From: Octopus sinensis
Taxonomy: Eukaryota
Direction of reading: 5' to 3'
Length of the DNA: 25,942 bases
Assembly (NCBI RefSeq): GCF_006345805.1
Contig: NW_021835629.1
Coordinates: forward strand, 1 to 25,942
Each line of letters begins with the position of its first letter. Positions within the stretch are counted from its first letter, which is position 1. Positions 22,735 through 25,942 of the stretch are shown here, one piece after another. Both the position numbers and the translations under genes were made by a program. The notes below the pieces were generated by a model that had not been told where the DNA came from, did not search any database, and worked only from the letters and a program-made list of their open reading frames with translations.

Positions 22735-23234
22735 CAGGGTGCGATGAATAAACTGTCGTCTAAGTTACACAAAAATGAAAATCACACTGACATCTCATTT
22801 TAACAGATTTATTTACTAAAATTACATAAAAATATCTTGAAATACTAAACAGTAAATTTATTCAATAAAATCGCCATTGGCTTCAACCACGGCCTCCAGA
22901 CGACTTTGGAATCTCCTGCAACTCTTCAAGAGGGTCTCTTTGTTTAAGTTGGTGAATCCTGGCCTTCAGTTCACCTTCGGTGCTACAATGAGTTTTGTTG
23001 GTCTTTCACATAATAATCAAACGGGTTACAGTGTGGGGAGTTGGGTGGCCAGATGTTAGGGGTGATTGGGTCGCAGAAATTGTCTGACAGCCATGACTGT
23101 GTTCTGATGTTTGTGTGGCATGTTGTAGAGTCCTCTCACCAGGCATAGGGTCTTCCAGGAGCCACCCTCTTGACCAAGGGCAGTACTACTTCCTCCAGAC
23201 ACTTGATGTAGGCCTCCCTGTTGAGTCTGAATGG
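22735..23234 (-). mobile_element. Tc1/mariner DNA transposon 3' fragment, DD37D (maT)-like, with one terminal end
   Basis: Minus strand reads RLNREAYIKCLEEVVLPLVKRVAPGRPYAW*EDSTTCHT..TQSWLSDNFCDPITPNIWPPNSPHCNPFDYY..GELKARI..SRLEAVVEANGDFIE* (stop 22858-22860). The terminus TA|CAGGGTG lies at 22733-22741, with TA as the putative target site. Confidence 0.88.
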
Positions 23235-24353
23235 AGACATATGTGTTACATATATATAAATGCATAGATATATATGACTGTATATATAAATATATATGTA
23301 TGTATGTATACACACAAATATATATTGTAATTGGATGTGCAATTATATATGTACATATGTAAGTGCAAGCGTGTGTATATACATATGTGTGTGTGTGTAT
23401 ATATATATATATATTTTTATATGTGTGTACATATTATCTGTTCTTTCTACATACATCACACCTTATCTGCGTACCTCATCAACGTCGACCAAATTAATTG
23501 CTAATTAGCAAACATTTACGTCTCGTCACTACATTCGAGTCACGTGACATACGTCTTGCCGCGAACTGAAACAACCGAAGCAACGTATGGAACACCGTTA
23601 AGCAACAAAATCGTGGAGAATTATAGAACTCTTTTATGATATTCTAGGAAATCCTTTGATGCATCATTCGTCCTTTTTCTACGAGATAGAAAATGATCTC
23701 AGATGGTAAAAACTCGGGATGGAGCCAAAATCACGCATTTATTTGCACGTTTAACATAACATGGATTTTTTGTGTAAAGTGTATAAATGTTCATGCTGGT
23801 TGCATCGTAATTTCTTTTCTTCCGTGTTTTTGATTTTAACTGGTCTGTGTGTCTCTGTCGGTAAGGTTTGGCCAACATTTGCCCCTGTATGTGTAAGACC
23901 GGGCAAGCTGGACAAGTTTTGCTTAGGAAATAGAAGAATTAATTACAGTGCAAGACTTGTACTTTATTTATCGAATCCCGAACGAAGAAAAGTATCAATG
24001 CATTGGGTAAGATTTGTACTCAGAGTGTAGGGAACCGGACGAATTACCAAAAGTCAACCAATCCGTTGCTCTACCGATTCTGTTTCCTGGACGCCTTCGG
24101 TTTATGTGTGCAACAGACATTGAAATGCCGAATTGATGTGTTAGAGAAAGAGATTCCTTTTGGCCTCTTGCATTCGATATCTGCTTTTACTGGATTTAAT
24201 ATCTTTTCTGATTATTAGAATGAAGAGGTGGGGAGGGCGACGTGGAAGGAAACATTGTTTGCTTGTTTTATGTTTTGTTTTGTTTTTTGTTTAATTTTCA
24301 TAGTTTTGAATTACTCTCATATCCGTCATTTCTTGACCGTTTTCTACTTCCAG

Positions 24354-24417
24354 GAATCAGATAGCCAGAAAACCAATAATGGAATACATTATAGGTTACA
24401 GCTGTTATATGCTAACG
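24354..24417 (+). CDS. coe: COE/Collier/EBF internal coding exon (64 nt)
   Basis: Acceptor TTTTCTACTTCCAG ends at 24353. The exon reads ESDSQKTNNGIHYRLQLLYAN plus the first G of the next codon, followed by a GTAAGT donor at 24418. It is in frame with the previous exon (phase 0 in, phase 1 out), and KTNNGIHYRLQLLY is conserved COE sequence. Confidence 0.98.
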
Positions 24418-24766
24418 GTAAGTTACACATTTGATGGTGTGTTTTTTTTTATTGTTGTTGCTGTTGTTCAGGGAACGTAGATTTTCCGGTGGTTGTATGG
24501 TTATGGTGGAAGTATTGACAGCGAGTCTCTACGTAGAAGGTAGCTATGTTAACATGGATATTGCAATTATGTCAAAAAGTATTGACTGATAACACGTGGA
24601 CAGAAGTCGAAGCTACTGGAGCAGGCGAGGAGCGGGCAGAGGATGTGACGGCGATATTAGCTGACAGATGTAAACTATGATCGGCGAGAAAGTAACGAGC
24701 TTCACATGGACATGAATTCAGTGAGACATATTGACAGAAAGATGTGTGTAGAGTAAATAGTGTAGA

Positions 24767-25278
24767 ATGGACGTGTGTAATTTTGTGAGAAGTTTTGGAT
24801 AGGAGTTGTGAAGGAGAAAGTACGAAAGTAGACAAGAAGAAAGTCAGATGTATCGAGTGAGAGATGAGTAGAGAGGAAATTGGTAGATTAGCCTGGGCAG
24901 GTGCATTGAGTAGAAGAGGGGTGGACTAGAAAGCGGGTCTGTCAATAAAAGCAGGATGTCAAAAGTATTGACTGTGAGATGTGGGGAGCGAAGAGAGTTG
25001 TTGGAATAGTTTAGATGCGTGTATGGACGTGTGTAATTTTGTGAGAAGTTTTGGATAGGAGTTGTGAAGGAGAAAGTACGAAAGTAGACAAGAAGAAAGT
25101 CAGATGTATCGAGTGAGAGATGAGTAGAGAGGAAATTGGTAGATTAGCCTGGGCAGGTGCATTGAGTAGAAGAGGGGTGGACTAGAAAGCGGGTCTGTCA
25201 ATAAAAGCAGGATGTCAAAAGTATTGACTGTGAGATGTGGGGAGCGAAGAGAGTTGTTGGAATAGTTTAGATGCGTGT
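24767..25278. repeat. Exact tandem duplication, 2 x 256 bp
   Basis: 24767-25022 and 25023-25278 read identically by eye (ATGGACGTGTGTAATTTT...TTAGATGCGTGT). Confidence 0.95.
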
Positions 25279-25329
25279 AATACCGTATGGATTGACAATC
25301 TTTATCGTCAACGATTTATCGTCAATTTT

Positions 25330-25510
25330 CTCATGTTCGCCTGGGGTCCAACGGAATCTGTTGAGGAGGATTTTTCTAGGGCAGGATACCTATCCTGTCG
25401 TTAACTTTCATCTGTTTCAAATCCAGGTAAATATTTCCTCTTAGCTAGACATATTCTCCGCGGAATGTTGGAAATGAATGAGACGGCTCTCGCGATATCA
25501 AAATAAGGGG
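25330..25510. repeat. Unclassified diverged interspersed repeat
   Basis: GATTTTTCTAGGGCAGGATACCTATCCTGTCG..CATCTGTTTC..GGTAAATATTTCC resembles a frequent cephalopod repeat as I recall it; not confirmable in the window. Confidence 0.35.
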
Positions 25511-25739
25511 TTACAAACATACGTACAATCATACATCATGGCTCCTATAACTGAGGAGGGAATAGAAGTGAGATGGCGCTGAGGGTTGGATGTAAGATAA
25601 GAGGAGCAGTCAGTACAAGCACACACACGTGTGTGCGCATGCGCGCATTGACACATTCGAACACGCATACATCCAGGGTATCCTGCACAGTTTTCAACGA
25701 GCAAATTTCCCTCTAAACATTTGTGAAACGATGGTAAAA

Positions 25740-25806
25740 ATGCACGTGACCCAACGGCCACACAGTGAACTCGAACCGGTAACAAGGGGCTCGCAAACCA
25801 AGCTTA
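25740..25806 (-). mobile_element. Degenerate tRNA-like SINE head (family A-like)
   Basis: The reverse complement AAGCTTGG..CCGGTTCGAGTTCACTGTGTGGCCGTTGGGTCACGTG has a B-box-like GGTTCGAGT and parallels the family A head. Confidence 0.5.
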
Positions 25807-25917
25807 GCAACAATATTGTATGATAGTCGAATGGTTGTGGGCCGTGATTAATAAACTGTGATACCATGAATTCATTTAATATCCTTTCTTTTTTTTTCCA
25901 TCTATTTTTCTCCACAG

Positions 25918-25942
25918 GTGTTCGACAAGAACAGGATCTTTT
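25918..25942 (+). CDS. coe: COE/Collier/EBF coding exon, truncated by the window end
   Basis: Long polypyrimidine tract plus CACAG ends at 25917. G|GT completes Gly, then VRQEQDL(F), matching the COE continuation G(I/V/A)R(T/Q)EQD. Confidence 0.95.

Larger units (their letters stand above)
18214..24353 (+). other. coe: COE intron, GT-AG, phase 0, 6140 nt, dominated by microsatellites and TE relics
   Basis: Bounded by the two exons above; starts GTTCGA and ends TTCCAG. Confidence 0.95.
24418..25917 (+). other. coe: COE intron, GT-AG, phase 1, 1500 nt
   Basis: Starts GTAAGT and ends CCACAG; the frame is preserved across the junction. Confidence 0.95.

Noticed and set aside
545-23508. Dozens of ORF-track entries rich in YI, CV, I, L, S, F or H runs (e.g. 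6554-7006, 10011-10301, 17642-18097, 18751-19116, 19521-20351)
   Set aside because: These are translations of (TA)n, (TG)n, (AAT)n, (GAA)n and (GATA)n microsatellites, which lack stops in some frames; they show no domain content or splice context.
1-25942. CRISPR arrays, rRNA or genuine tRNA genes
   Set aside because: There is no repeat-spacer periodicity or rRNA-like sequence. The tRNA-like A/B boxes belong to SINE heads and lack a full cloverleaf.

Overview
This is eukaryotic, AT-rich, microsatellite-saturated genomic DNA. The repeat families look to me like those of an octopod cephalopod (inference, not verified). The only supportable protein-coding content is three + strand exons of a COE (Collier/Olf-1/EBF; knot/unc-3) transcription factor gene: 18060-18213, 24354-24417 and 25918 to the window end. 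They splice in frame into the start of the COE DNA-binding domain. The first coding exon could not be found in the 18 kb upstream. Nearly all entries in the ORF track are microsatellite artefacts. The rest is fossil mobile DNA: two RTE-clade LINE fragments, an R4/Dong-like restriction-endonuclease LINE 3' end inside a (TAA)n tract, a DD37D-type Tc1/mariner fragment, several tRNA-derived SINE families and a TTAA-bounded MITE. The most curious items are (i) an inverted-repeat junction carrying a partial hammerhead-ribozyme-like core (9479-9653), (ii) a nested array of elements built on TAA/TTA microsatellites just upstream of the COE exon, (iii) a 66-nt pre-miRNA-sized hairpin in unique DNA (14776-14841), and (iv) a highly non-random TATTGAC(A/T)G cluster plus an exact 256-bp tandem duplication in the last intron. 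I see no convincing evidence of a wholly new biological system; these are leads.
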